Source: Candidatus Parvarchaeota archaeon (GTDB taxonomy: Archaea; Nanobdellota; Nanobdellia; Parvarchaeales; Parvarchaeaceae). Taken from it: 45,347 bases of DNA. This document shows, piece by piece, positions 37,328 to 45,347 of this stretch. Both the position numbers and the translations under genes were made by a program. Within the stretch, counting starts at the first letter, position 1; the number at the start of each line of letters is the position of its first letter. Where the stretch lies: assembly GCA_023380585.1 (NCBI GenBank), contig JAMCRN010000004.1, positions 1-45,347 of the forward strand, read 5' to 3'. The notes beneath the pieces are model-generated. The model made no database searches, was not told where the DNA came from, and worked only from the letters and a program-made list of their open reading frames with translations.

Positions 37328-37501
37328 TTCATATCATTCTCCCCATATTTTTAACCTTTTCTAACCTCTCTGGTGGGTTTAAAGAAGACGCAAAAAGAAT
37401 CGAGAAGCGGCCGATGTAGCGATAATATGAAACATAGACCAACAGCTTTCGGTGAGAAGCACTAATAATATAAATAAAGATATGCTTGATATTGCAATAA
37501 C

Positions 37502-39178
37502 ATGAAATACAAATGGACTGTGCTGGCAAACACGACGATGGGCGGGATGATGGCGTCGATAAATGCCACAATAATACTTATATCCCTACCTTCCATATTC
37601 CGCGGCCTTGACGTGAATCCTCTGTCGCCAGGAAATTTTACGCTTCTTCTTTGGGTTATACTTGGGTACATGGTCGTGACAGCGGCATTTTTAGTAAGCT
37701 TCGGGAGGCTTTCTGACGACCGCGGCAGGAAAAAATTCTACACTGTAGGGTTTTCAGTCTTTGCAGCCGCATCTATAGCGCTTTCTTTGGTACCATACGG
37801 TTCCGGAGTCGACGGAGTCCTTTTTATAATAATCTTCAGGCTTATCCAGGGAGTAGGCGGCGGATTCATAATGGTCAACAGCACAGCGCTATTGACCGAC
37901 GCTTTCCCGGATAATGAGCGCGGAAAAGCACTTGGTATAAACCAGGTATCCTTTCTCTCCGGCTCTTTCATCGGACTTGTTATAGGAGGGTTGCTATCGC
38001 CGTTCGATTTCCACCTTATATTTATAGTAAGCGTACCTGTCGCACTGCTAGGCGCACTATGGTCGTTCTTCAAACTAAAGGAGGAGAAGATAAAAAAACG
38101 CGCGGGAGTGGATTACATCGGCAATGCTGCTTTGAGCATCGGTCTGGTGCTGATAGCATTGGGCTTCACTTATACCCTTACCCCGTATGGGGGGCAGCCT
38201 CTAGGATGGAGCAACCCATTCGTCATCGGAAGCCTTTTGGCCGGCGTAGTGATGCTATTAGCCTTCTACAAGATAGAGCGAAAGGCAGAAAATCCTATAT
38301 TCGACCTTGAGCTGCTAAGGAACAGGCAATTTTCATTCAGTTCTCTCGCCTTGTTCTTGAGCGCACTGGCCAGAGGAGCGGTCATGTTCTTAGTGATAAT
38401 CTGGCTGCAGGGCGTCTATCTGCCTCTGCACGGGTTTACGATAGCACAAACGCCTTTCTGGGCCGGCATTTACATGATCCCCTTGATGGTCGGTTTTATA
38501 GCGCTTGGACCTATAAGCGGGATACTGACGGACAGATACGGCGCGAGGGTGTTCAGTACGCTCGGGCTTGTTATCACGGCATTAGGCCTTTTTCTGCTCA
38601 CTCTGCTCCCAGCGAACTTCAATTACGTTGTCTTCGCATTGATATTGTTCATCATCGGCAGCGGCAACGGGCTTTTCGCTGCTCCAAACACGAAGAGGGC
38701 GATGGACGCGCTGCCATGGTGGCAGAGAGGCGTTGGAAACGGGGTAAGGACTACTTTCGCCAACATAGGGCAGATGATAAGCTTGGTAGTGTTCTTTACG
38801 ATAGCTATAACGATATTTTCCGTCTCTCTGCCGCATGTGATAGTGTCTCAAGGTAGCTCTTTGGGCCTGCCGCAAAACTTGACTTCGGACCTTGCCTCCG
38901 TTCCTGCGTCTTCCTTCCTTTTTTCCGCTTTTCTCGGCATAAACCCAGTTACGTCGTTCCTTGCCTCTGCGCCAAAGCAGGTAGTTTCATCCATACCAGT
39001 TAGCTCTTTGAACACGATAACCTCGAGCAGGTTCATACCCGCTCTCATATCAGCTCCTTTTCTAAACGGCCTGGACATAGCCATGTATATAGGAATAGCC
39101 ATATCTCTCATAGGAGCGGCGCTCTCTGCCATGACCAGGCATAGGACGAACAAAGACGCGCAGAAATACCAGAGATGA
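37502..39178 (+). CDS. MFS transporter, DHA2 (14-TM drug:H+ antiporter) type
   Basis: GRLSDDRGRKK, FRLIQGVGG, DAFPDNERGKALG, PIFDLELL, GILTDRYGAR. Confidence 0.92.
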   Translation: MKYKWTVLANTTMGGMMASINATIILISLPSIFRGLDVNPLSPGNFTLLLWVILGYMVVTAAFLVSFGRLSDDRGRKKFYTVGFSVFAAASIALSLVPYGSGVDGVLFIIIFRLIQGVGGGFIMVNSTALLTDAFPDNERGKALGINQVSFLSGSFIGLVIGGLLSPFDFHLIFIVSVPVALLGALWSFFKLKEEKIKKRAGVDYIGNAALSIGLVLIALGFTYTLTPYGGQPLGWSNPFVIGSLLAGVVMLLAFYKIERKAENPIFDLELLRNRQFSFSSLALFLSALARGAVMFLVIIWLQGVYLPLHGFTIAQTPFWAGIYMIPLMVGFIALGPISGILTDRYGARVFSTLGLVITALGLFLLTLLPANFNYVVFALILFIIGSGNGLFAAPNTKRAMDALPWWQRGVGNGVRTTFANIGQMISLVVFFTIAITIFSVSLPHVIVSQGSSLGLPQNLTSDLASVPASSFLFSAFLGINPVTSFLASAPKQVVSSIPVSSLNTITSSRFIPALISAPFLNGLDIAMYIGIAISLIGAALSAMTRHRTNKDAQKYQR

Positions 39179-39183
39179 TGCGA

Positions 39184-41580
39184 TCAGAGGAACCTGAATT
39201 CAGCGAGCCTGGAATAGGCTGCCTGTTTTACCTTGTCCAGAAGAAGCGTCATTAGAAACACGAACAAGAAAACTATCGAGATGTCCAGGACGCTTATTCT
39301 GACCATCAATACGCCTAAAAGGGCGATGGCGACGGCTATGGCAATTGACAGCACTAACTGCATAGATAGAGCGCGGCTCGGAGCTGAAGCGAACATAGAC
39401 TTCCTGGCTCTTATAGACATCAGAGTAAGTTCTGTAGATACTGCGAAGACTATGAACAGAAAGGTCTGGAATTGGACTTGCGAGAGATGCAGATACAGGA
39501 CGGCTATGACGGATAAGATAGATGTCTCAGCTACCGTGAACGAGCCAAATAGAAGAGACGCTGACATTATAGCTTTTATGTACCATGTATCCGGCCTGCT
39601 TGAGTAACTCTCATGATCAGTAGCTAGTGCTATGCTACCGATATCGTATAGGAAGATCATAAGTATAAGCTGCAGCGGTCTTATTGGAAGGAAACGCAGG
39701 ATCAAGAAGGCCACGGACAGGAAAAACGCTATCTGGAAGATCCTTGATATCTTATTTATTGTATATGTTATCATCCTTTCGAAAATAGACCTGCTTTCTG
39801 TTATTGCCTTCACTATCGGTTCTACGCCAGCGGATGTCAGTATTATGCTTGCCGCGCTTTTTGCTACGTCCGTAGCGCTGGAAACGGCTATCCCGACCTC
39901 GGCCTGCTTAAGCGCCGGCGCATCGTTTACCCCGTCTCCCGTCATCCCGACATGAAAACCAGAATCCTGTAGCGCCTTTACTATCATATATTTGTCTTTA
40001 GGATATATGCCTGCCAGGCCGTCGCTTTCCATTATCATCTTAGCTATCTGTTTTCTGTCTTTCCCGTGGATCGACTGGACATCGAGGATATTATCGCCCA
40101 TGCCGATTTCTTTGGCTATCTCCTTAGCGATAGTCGCATTGTCTCCGGTCAGCATCTTTACCTTCAGGCCCAGGTTTTTTAGTTCCTTTATGAGCCTGCT
40201 GCTGTCATCCCTCGGCCTGTCATTCAGTGCTATCAACCCGACGAATCTCCATCTCTCTTCTTTCTTTTTCTTAAATGCCACGGCTATCGTCCTATATCCT
40301 TTTTTTGAGAAATCATCTATCTTTTTATGCAGCGTCGAAATATCTTTTTTTGTCAATTCGCATTCTTGTATTATTTTTTCTGGAAAGCCCTTCATAGAAT
40401 ATATGACATTGCCGCCGATCTTTACCGCGGCTTTTGACAGTTTGGTAGCGGGATCGAACGGGGTAAAATCTATGATGCTAAATGGGCTTTTGCCGGGCCT
40501 GTAACGTTTAAAATACTCTAAGACTGCAATGTCTATCTGGTCTTCGTCTTCGAGGCGAGAGGCGGCTGAACCGTAAAGAGCCACGTCCTCTTTTGAGAAA
40601 TTCCTAGATGGGAATACGTCGACCACAGACAGTTTGTTCTTGGTTATAGTCCCTGTCTTGTCAAGGCATATAACATTCATCGTTGACGCCTCCTCTATAG
40701 CGTCAAGCCTTGTGACTAATATGCCCTTTGAAGACAGCCTCTCAGTCCCGTACGCCATTGATACGGTAAAAGCGGCAGGTAGGGCGACCGGCACTGAGGC
40801 TAATAGCACAAGAAGAGAAAAAGGGACTACAGAAAAGATGTTTATCCCCGAGAAATAAGAATAAAACAGAACTACAGCTATAAGGACCACGTCTACCACT
40901 ATAAGATACTTTATGATCTCGAGTATATCATGCTCCAGATGAGTCCTGCTCTTGGCCACTTTTACCAGCTCTGCTGTCTTGCCAAAAGATGTCCTGGAGC
41001 CGGTTTCTGTGACGAATGCCGTGGCCTCCCCGCTGCGCACTACGGATGAGGAAAAAAGAGTTTCTCCCTTTTTTTTATCGACCGGAAGAGATTCACCGGT
41101 AAGCATAGATTGGTCAACTGAAAGAGAATCCGCTTCTATTATGATTGCATCTGCTGGCACGATGCTACCCAGCCTTAGCCTTATCAGATCGCCTGGGACC
41201 AGCATCTTGGCCTGTATCTTACGCCATTCTCCGTCACGCTTTACATTGACCATCACTTCCAGCTTCTTTTCGAGCAGCTCCAGCGTATTGTCCGCCTTAT
41301 ATTCCTCTATAAATCCGACGATAGAATTAAAGACCAAAAGGCCGATTACTATATAGCCGTCTATTTCTCTGCCCAGCAAGAAAGATATGACTATTATAGC
41401 TAGAAGCATGAACGGTATCGGCCCAACGAACCTCTTAAGGAACCTAAATACTGGCCTCTGTTTCTTCTTAGCTATCTGATTCAAGCCGTATTTAGCTATC
41501 CTGGCAGACGCTTCGCTTGAAGACAAGCCACTAGGGTCGTATTTAATGTCGCTGCCTTGTATCTTCCCATGCGACGCCAT
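39184..41580 (-). CDS. Plasma-membrane proton-efflux P-type ATPase (P3A)
   Basis: DQSMLTGES, SVPVALPA, CLDKTGT, MLTGD, MTGDGVNDAPALK, TM6 LYD acidic site. Start moved to ATG 41580 (MASHGK) with a TATA box ~22-28 nt upstream. Confidence 0.92.
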   Translation of the reverse strand: MASHGKIQGSDIKYDPSGLSSSEASARIAKYGLNQIAKKKQRPVFRFLKRFVGPIPFMLLAIIVISFLLGREIDGYIVIGLLVFNSIVGFIEEYKADNTLELLEKKLEVMVNVKRDGEWRKIQAKMLVPGDLIRLRLGSIVPADAIIIEADSLSVDQSMLTGESLPVDKKKGETLFSSSVVRSGEATAFVTETGSRTSFGKTAELVKVAKSRTHLEHDILEIIKYLIVVDVVLIAVVLFYSYFSGINIFSVVPFSLLVLLASVPVALPAAFTVSMAYGTERLSSKGILVTRLDAIEEASTMNVICLDKTGTITKNKLSVVDVFPSRNFSKEDVALYGSAASRLEDEDQIDIAVLEYFKRYRPGKSPFSIIDFTPFDPATKLSKAAVKIGGNVIYSMKGFPEKIIQECELTKKDISTLHKKIDDFSKKGYRTIAVAFKKKKEERWRFVGLIALNDRPRDDSSRLIKELKNLGLKVKMLTGDNATIAKEIAKEIGMGDNILDVQSIHGKDRKQIAKMIMESDGLAGIYPKDKYMIVKALQDSGFHVGMTGDGVNDAPALKQAEVGIAVSSATDVAKSAASIILTSAGVEPIVKAITESRSIFERMITYTINKISRIFQIAFFLSVAFLILRFLPIRPLQLILMIFLYDIGSIALATDHESYSSRPDTWYIKAIMSASLLFGSFTVAETSILSVIAVLYLHLSQVQFQTFLFIVFAVSTELTLMSIRARKSMFASAPSRALSMQLVLSIAIAVAIALLGVLMVRISVLDISIVFLFVFLMTLLLDKVKQAAYSRLAEFRFL

Positions 41581-41748
41581 TATAAGAAGAAGCTGGCTTT
41601 GTTTATAAATTGTGGGTATGAAAACCAGTTCTCTGGTATTATATGATTGAAAACGGGCAACTTGCGGAGAAAAATATAAATAAAATGAAATAAATACAAT
41701 AATCATACCTTTGGAAGTGAACGTAAGAATAAGGTATACAGAGATTAC

Positions 41749-42054
41749 ATGAAAGAGATAAAAAACATTAAAGAGCTGAGGGGCGGAGAGGGGCTTGTCC
41801 TGTTCTACGCGACCTGGTGCCCTTTCTGCCAGAGATTCATGCCGATTTTTCTGAAGAAGGCCGGAGGCTCCTCTTTTTCTATGAGATTGGATGATGAAGA
41901 CTCACCGGATTGGGACAGGTTTAAAATAGAGACTATACCGACCGTGGTCCTGTTCAAAAACGGGGCCGAAATAAAAAGGCTGGAAGCTAAAAGAGGAATA
42001 GGTATAAATGAGGAAGACTTCAAGGTATTCCTGGACAAACACGCAGGACATTAA
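41749..42054 (+). CDS. Thioredoxin family protein
   Basis: FYATWCPFC active site and IPTVVLFKNG. Confidence 0.9.
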   Translation: MKEIKNIKELRGGEGLVLFYATWCPFCQRFMPIFLKKAGGSSFSMRLDDEDSPDWDRFKIETIPTVVLFKNGAEIKRLEAKRGIGINEEDFKVFLDKHAGH

Positions 42055-42092
42055 TTCCTGTTTATCGTTATTTAATTACAAATAATTCGTAG

Positions 42093-42647
42093 TTATAATG
42101 GTATACCAAGCCGCCCTGCTTTTATCCTGAGCTGCCTTATGTCTTCTTTTAATTTCTTCTCTGTCTTCTTTCTGTCCTTCACTACCCTCTCTTCCTGCAG
42201 CATCTTCTCTAGCTTTAGTGCTTCTTTCTGCTTTAAAGCGTACTCCCTCTTGAGCCTGTTCCTTATGGCTCTTATTTTCCTTACAAGCGAATCGGATATA
42301 AGCTTGGAATCTGCACGCTCAACAAATACATGCAGTTCATTATCTTTTACGGCCCTGAATCCAGATAAAACCTCCTTCCCATAATACTCGAGCACCGTCT
42401 TTGGCTTAGTCGATATCTTAAATACTCCATCTACATAATCCCCTATGCCTAGTTTCCAGGATATCTCGTTTATCTCTTGGCAAAGGTTTAGAATCTCCTT
42501 AACGTATTTTTCCACGCGTTCTATCTTTTCCTGAAGCGATGCTTTTTCCTCCTCCAATCTTTTTATTGATAGGAGACTTTCTTTTATATCCAAAGCTTCT
42601 GAGGGCCTTATTTTAGTCCTCTTGCTTTCTTTATTGTGTGCTTTCAT
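42093..42647 (-). CDS. Hypothetical basic coiled-coil protein
   Basis: 184-aa Lys/Glu-rich ORF with a TATA-like TTATAAA upstream. Confidence 0.65.
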   Translation of the reverse strand: MKAHNKESKRTKIRPSEALDIKESLLSIKRLEEEKASLQEKIERVEKYVKEILNLCQEINEISWKLGIGDYVDGVFKISTKPKTVLEYYGKEVLSGFRAVKDNELHVFVERADSKLISDSLVRKIRAIRNRLKREYALKQKEALKLEKMLQEERVVKDRKKTEKKLKEDIRQLRIKAGRLGIPL

Positions 42648-42696
42648 TAATAAGGAATACGGCCCGGTGTATTTATAATTTTGCGCGGCTTTGTAT

Positions 42697-45347
42697 TTAC
42701 TTACCTACATCGATCGGCTCTCTTCTACCTCTACCTTTCTTACTGATATTTCTTCTATGCCTTTTAACGTGTCTTTTATTCTTTACCGTGCGCTTCTCGG
42801 CCTGCTTTTTCTTCAGATGCAGTTTTATGAATAGCACTATAAGTATTATCGTCAAAACTATCAATATCGCAGTTTCTATGTATAAGAGAGAAACGTTTTC
42901 TACAATCGGAGATATCAAAGACTTGCAATATATTACAGGAACAAAACTTATATTGATTACACTACTATTCTGGGACGATGATACATACCCGCTATCAGGG
43001 TATGGATTATAAGTTTCCTGGCATATGCTGGTATTTCGTAAAAACGTAGTCTTTACAGGGTATGCAGTCCAATTCTCAGAAACATTTGAGATCATGAAAG
43101 TGATATTACCTGAAGCTAAAGCACCTGTTGTCTTGTTATTATAGTTTATCTGCCATACCAAGGTGGGTGGAAGGCCAGTCTGTTCAAAGGTGATAAATCT
43201 CTTGTATCTCTGATACCCTATATAATACTCTGAAAACCCAGGGGATACCGCCTTGTAAAAGGAATAATTAGAATTTACAGAGTATTCTGTAGTATTGAGT
43301 CCGACGTAACTCTTGGATTGTTGGTCGCATCTGTACAGTTTGACCGTAGATGGGTTAGCTTTATCCTCCCTTAAAAGGACGTTTGACAGCTTGAAATAAT
43401 AGGTGGAATTCCTGAACCCGGGAAGAGCATCAACGCTGGTATTTATGAAAAATTCGGATACTGGGTTTACTGGCGGCTCTCCGTAACATGTCTCATTCAG
43501 GACTCCGTGTATATTCACTATCTGGTTGGACGCTGTCGTGTTGGCCGCGATGGACAACGCGGTCAAAAACGTCCTGTTAAGGTAGAGCGTAGGGATTGTT
43601 ATGTTATTGGAAGGCAGTATCTGCGTGATGTTTGTTATGGTCCCATTTTTATACCTGCTTATAAGGAGCGTGATGTTTTTTATAGAATTATTCAAAAGTC
43701 TTATCGGCTCCACTATCTTTGTTATATTTATAGGAGTTATTGTTATTACCGGAGGCGGCAATGCAGTCGTTGATATAACAAGCGAGAAGTTCTCAGAGGC
43801 GCTCGTGAAATTCTGTGTCTGCGGTACTGATAACCTGAAATGGTACACGCCAGTGCCGTTTGCGGTATAAGTATAATGGCTACTGAAATTAGCTATACTT
43901 TTTCCGTTCAAGAACAAATTTCCAGGCAAATTGGCGTAGTTTGGAGATATGTTAAATAGTATCTTGTCTGGTGTGCCATTATAAGTATAGTTCCCTTTTA
44001 TCGAGGTAGTTATAAGTATCTTCGGAGCAGACCTGTATATCTGGTATTCCCTGCTAAAGCTTTCGGAGGAATAATTTATATCACCAGGTGTAGACACTGT
44101 GTAATTGTATACGCCGGCTGCCGTCTCACTATTGAAGAACCTGTGATAAAAGTCGTTTATAACGCTATCTACTGGGAATTCCCCACCAGGTGGATAAGCA
44201 ACCGAGGCTATAAAGTAGAGCTTTGGAGAACTTATCCCAGACTTGTAATTGAAAGCGGGCATCAAAGTCAGATTCTTTATTAAAGACGGATTTATTTTAA
44301 CAGGTGTTATATTATCAGAATAATTAAAGGACGCCCATGAGTAACTGTTATTGACTACCAATATATAGACTGCATTACCGAATGAATTGTTTATGCGTAT
44401 GCCGACGCTGTTGTTCACTCCTTTTGAAGACGGGTATGAAAGGGCAGTCTCGTTTTGTGTGCCTAATAGTATACCATATGGATAAGGTGTACTATTAAGA
44501 TAGCCGTCGATTATGCTGTTTGTGAATGGGGCAGAGGCGGTCACACGTCCGCTTCCGAAAAGAAGATATATAGGATAACTGAAAGATTCCCTGGAAGAAA
44601 CATAAGAATACCCACTCGTATTAGAAAACGAAGTAAGTCCATTATTTACTGAAATATTGCCTGTGCTCATCCATAGTGAAGAATTTATGGCTGACCCGGC
44701 AAAATTGTCATAAAACTGGAATATTGCACGGCCATTGTCATATTCTCCATACACTGCTGATAATAAAGGCGCTTCTCCAACTAGTTTGCCGTTGAAAATG
44801 GAACTGCTAGTATTGAGAATATTAAGATATGCTGTTGTTTCGCCGCCGGCAGACAAACCTGGAAGTTTAATCCAGTATATTGATTTAGGAGAAGATGGAG
44901 AATTACCTGATTCCAGCCAGGATGGAATTACATTGAGATCGCCATTTGTAAATTCAATATTTGAAAGCCCAGTATTTTCATAACGACTGTATGCAGAAGA
45001 ATTGAATATAAACCTCTCTTGAAACAGTGACGGGGTTGGATTAGAATTGTTATTAAATATTATTATCGGAACAGAGATTTCATTGGAAGGTAAAAGAGGA
45101 TTTCCGTTCAACAAAGCGTTTATAGACATATTTTGTACCTTATAAGTAGAATATGCAAACGTTGATGAACTACCGTTATAGGTATAATTTTGTGGGAAAA
45201 ATAATTTCAAAACACCTTTCAAGATCTGCCTGTCCACTGCGGGAGTCGTGGCTGAGGTGTAGTTTATGTCGCCTGAGGTGTTGAAGACGGTGTCGTATAC
45301 TCCTGCCGTGGCGTTCTTGTACACGGAGGAGGACGTGGTTGAAACCT
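42697..45347 (-). CDS. Large surface glycoprotein (DUF2341-like + Ig-like repeats + PGF-pre-PGF-like domain + C-terminal TM), 5'-partial
   Basis: Frame is open to the window edge. NPTP..FQ..LSNIEF..IPSWLESG..YWIKLP..YDNG..F.FYDNF (DUF2341-like); repeats AGVY....T.GDINY; VKLYR..L.T..Y.A.SPGFS; ITFEQTGLP..W; TM then basic tail. Confidence 0.8.
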   Translation of the reverse strand, partial: VSTTSSSVYKNATAGVYDTVFNTSGDINYTSATTPAVDRQILKGVLKLFFPQNYTYNGSSSTFAYSTYKVQNMSINALLNGNPLLPSNEISVPIIIFNNNSNPTPSLFQERFIFNSSAYSRYENTGLSNIEFTNGDLNVIPSWLESGNSPSSPKSIYWIKLPGLSAGGETTAYLNILNTSSSIFNGKLVGEAPLLSAVYGEYDNGRAIFQFYDNFAGSAINSSLWMSTGNISVNNGLTSFSNTSGYSYVSSRESFSYPIYLLFGSGRVTASAPFTNSIIDGYLNSTPYPYGILLGTQNETALSYPSSKGVNNSVGIRINNSFGNAVYILVVNNSYSWASFNYSDNITPVKINPSLIKNLTLMPAFNYKSGISSPKLYFIASVAYPPGGEFPVDSVINDFYHRFFNSETAAGVYNYTVSTPGDINYSSESFSREYQIYRSAPKILITTSIKGNYTYNGTPDKILFNISPNYANLPGNLFLNGKSIANFSSHYTYTANGTGVYHFRLSVPQTQNFTSASENFSLVISTTALPPPVITITPINITKIVEPIRLLNNSIKNITLLISRYKNGTITNITQILPSNNITIPTLYLNRTFLTALSIAANTTASNQIVNIHGVLNETCYGEPPVNPVSEFFINTSVDALPGFRNSTYYFKLSNVLLREDKANPSTVKLYRCDQQSKSYVGLNTTEYSVNSNYSFYKAVSPGFSEYYIGYQRYKRFITFEQTGLPPTLVWQINYNNKTTGALASGNITFMISNVSENWTAYPVKTTFLRNTSICQETYNPYPDSGYVSSSQNSSVINISFVPVIYCKSLISPIVENVSLLYIETAILIVLTIILIVLFIKLHLKKKQAEKRTVKNKRHVKRHRRNISKKGRGRREPIDVGK

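Noticed and set aside
37328..37360. GGGG upstream of pyrG as a Bacillus-type reiterative-transcription attenuator
   Set aside because: No terminator hairpin or pyrimidine tract follows, and the TATA-like box position implies a near-leaderless start.
41705..41737. ATACCTT/AAGGTAT inverted repeat before thioredoxin
   Set aside because: Only 7 bp, AT-rich, with a long loop; compatible with chance.
1817..44983. Numerous antisense/overlapping ORFs in the track (e.g. 30822-31574, 10997-11566, 27771-28322, 23693-24256, 39992-40504)
   Set aside because: They lie opposite well-supported genes, have Ser/Phe/Ile-rich shadow composition and show no recognisable motifs.
1..45347. CRISPR array, rRNA, IS element or prophage
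   Set aside because: No regularly spaced repeats, rRNA-like tracts, transposase/integrase or virion genes recognised; intergenic gaps are all short.

Overview
Gene-dense archaeal chromosomal segment. TATA boxes lie ~25 bp upstream of many start codons, ArgRS/GatA are archaeal-type, and it carries DUF2341/PGF-pre-PGF and DUF4382 surface proteins and a P-type H+ ATPase. By inference it comes from an acidophilic, probably DPANN (Micrarchaeota/Parvarchaeota-like) organism; taxonomy is not provable from this window. Contents: a fatty-acid catabolism module (SCP2-like fragment, acyl-CoA ligase, etfBA, FadF/EMO-like Fe-S membrane protein); a co-oriented glnA-gatC-gatA-gatB-aspS-add run with a bacterial-type AspRS; MFS and ABC transporters; argS; a glpA-coxG-MFS-MBL cassette; an MNT-HEPN pair; pyrG; thioredoxin; and several lineage-specific membrane or coiled-coil proteins. 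Signals not shown by the ORF track: (i) a full-length but degenerate tRNA-Arg(UCU)-like element ending 25 nt upstream of argS; (ii) a 27-aa Cys-rich metallothionein-like micro-ORF with its own TATA box; (iii) a three-way-junction RNA leader in front of glpA; (iv) an R-S-E ADP-ribosyltransferase-like gene beside a GHKL-ATPase/zincin-like fusion; (v) a perfect 11-bp operator-like palindrome on the MNT-HEPN promoter. No CRISPR array, rRNA, integrase or transposase was seen. All family assignments come from motif recognition by eye, not from database searches.
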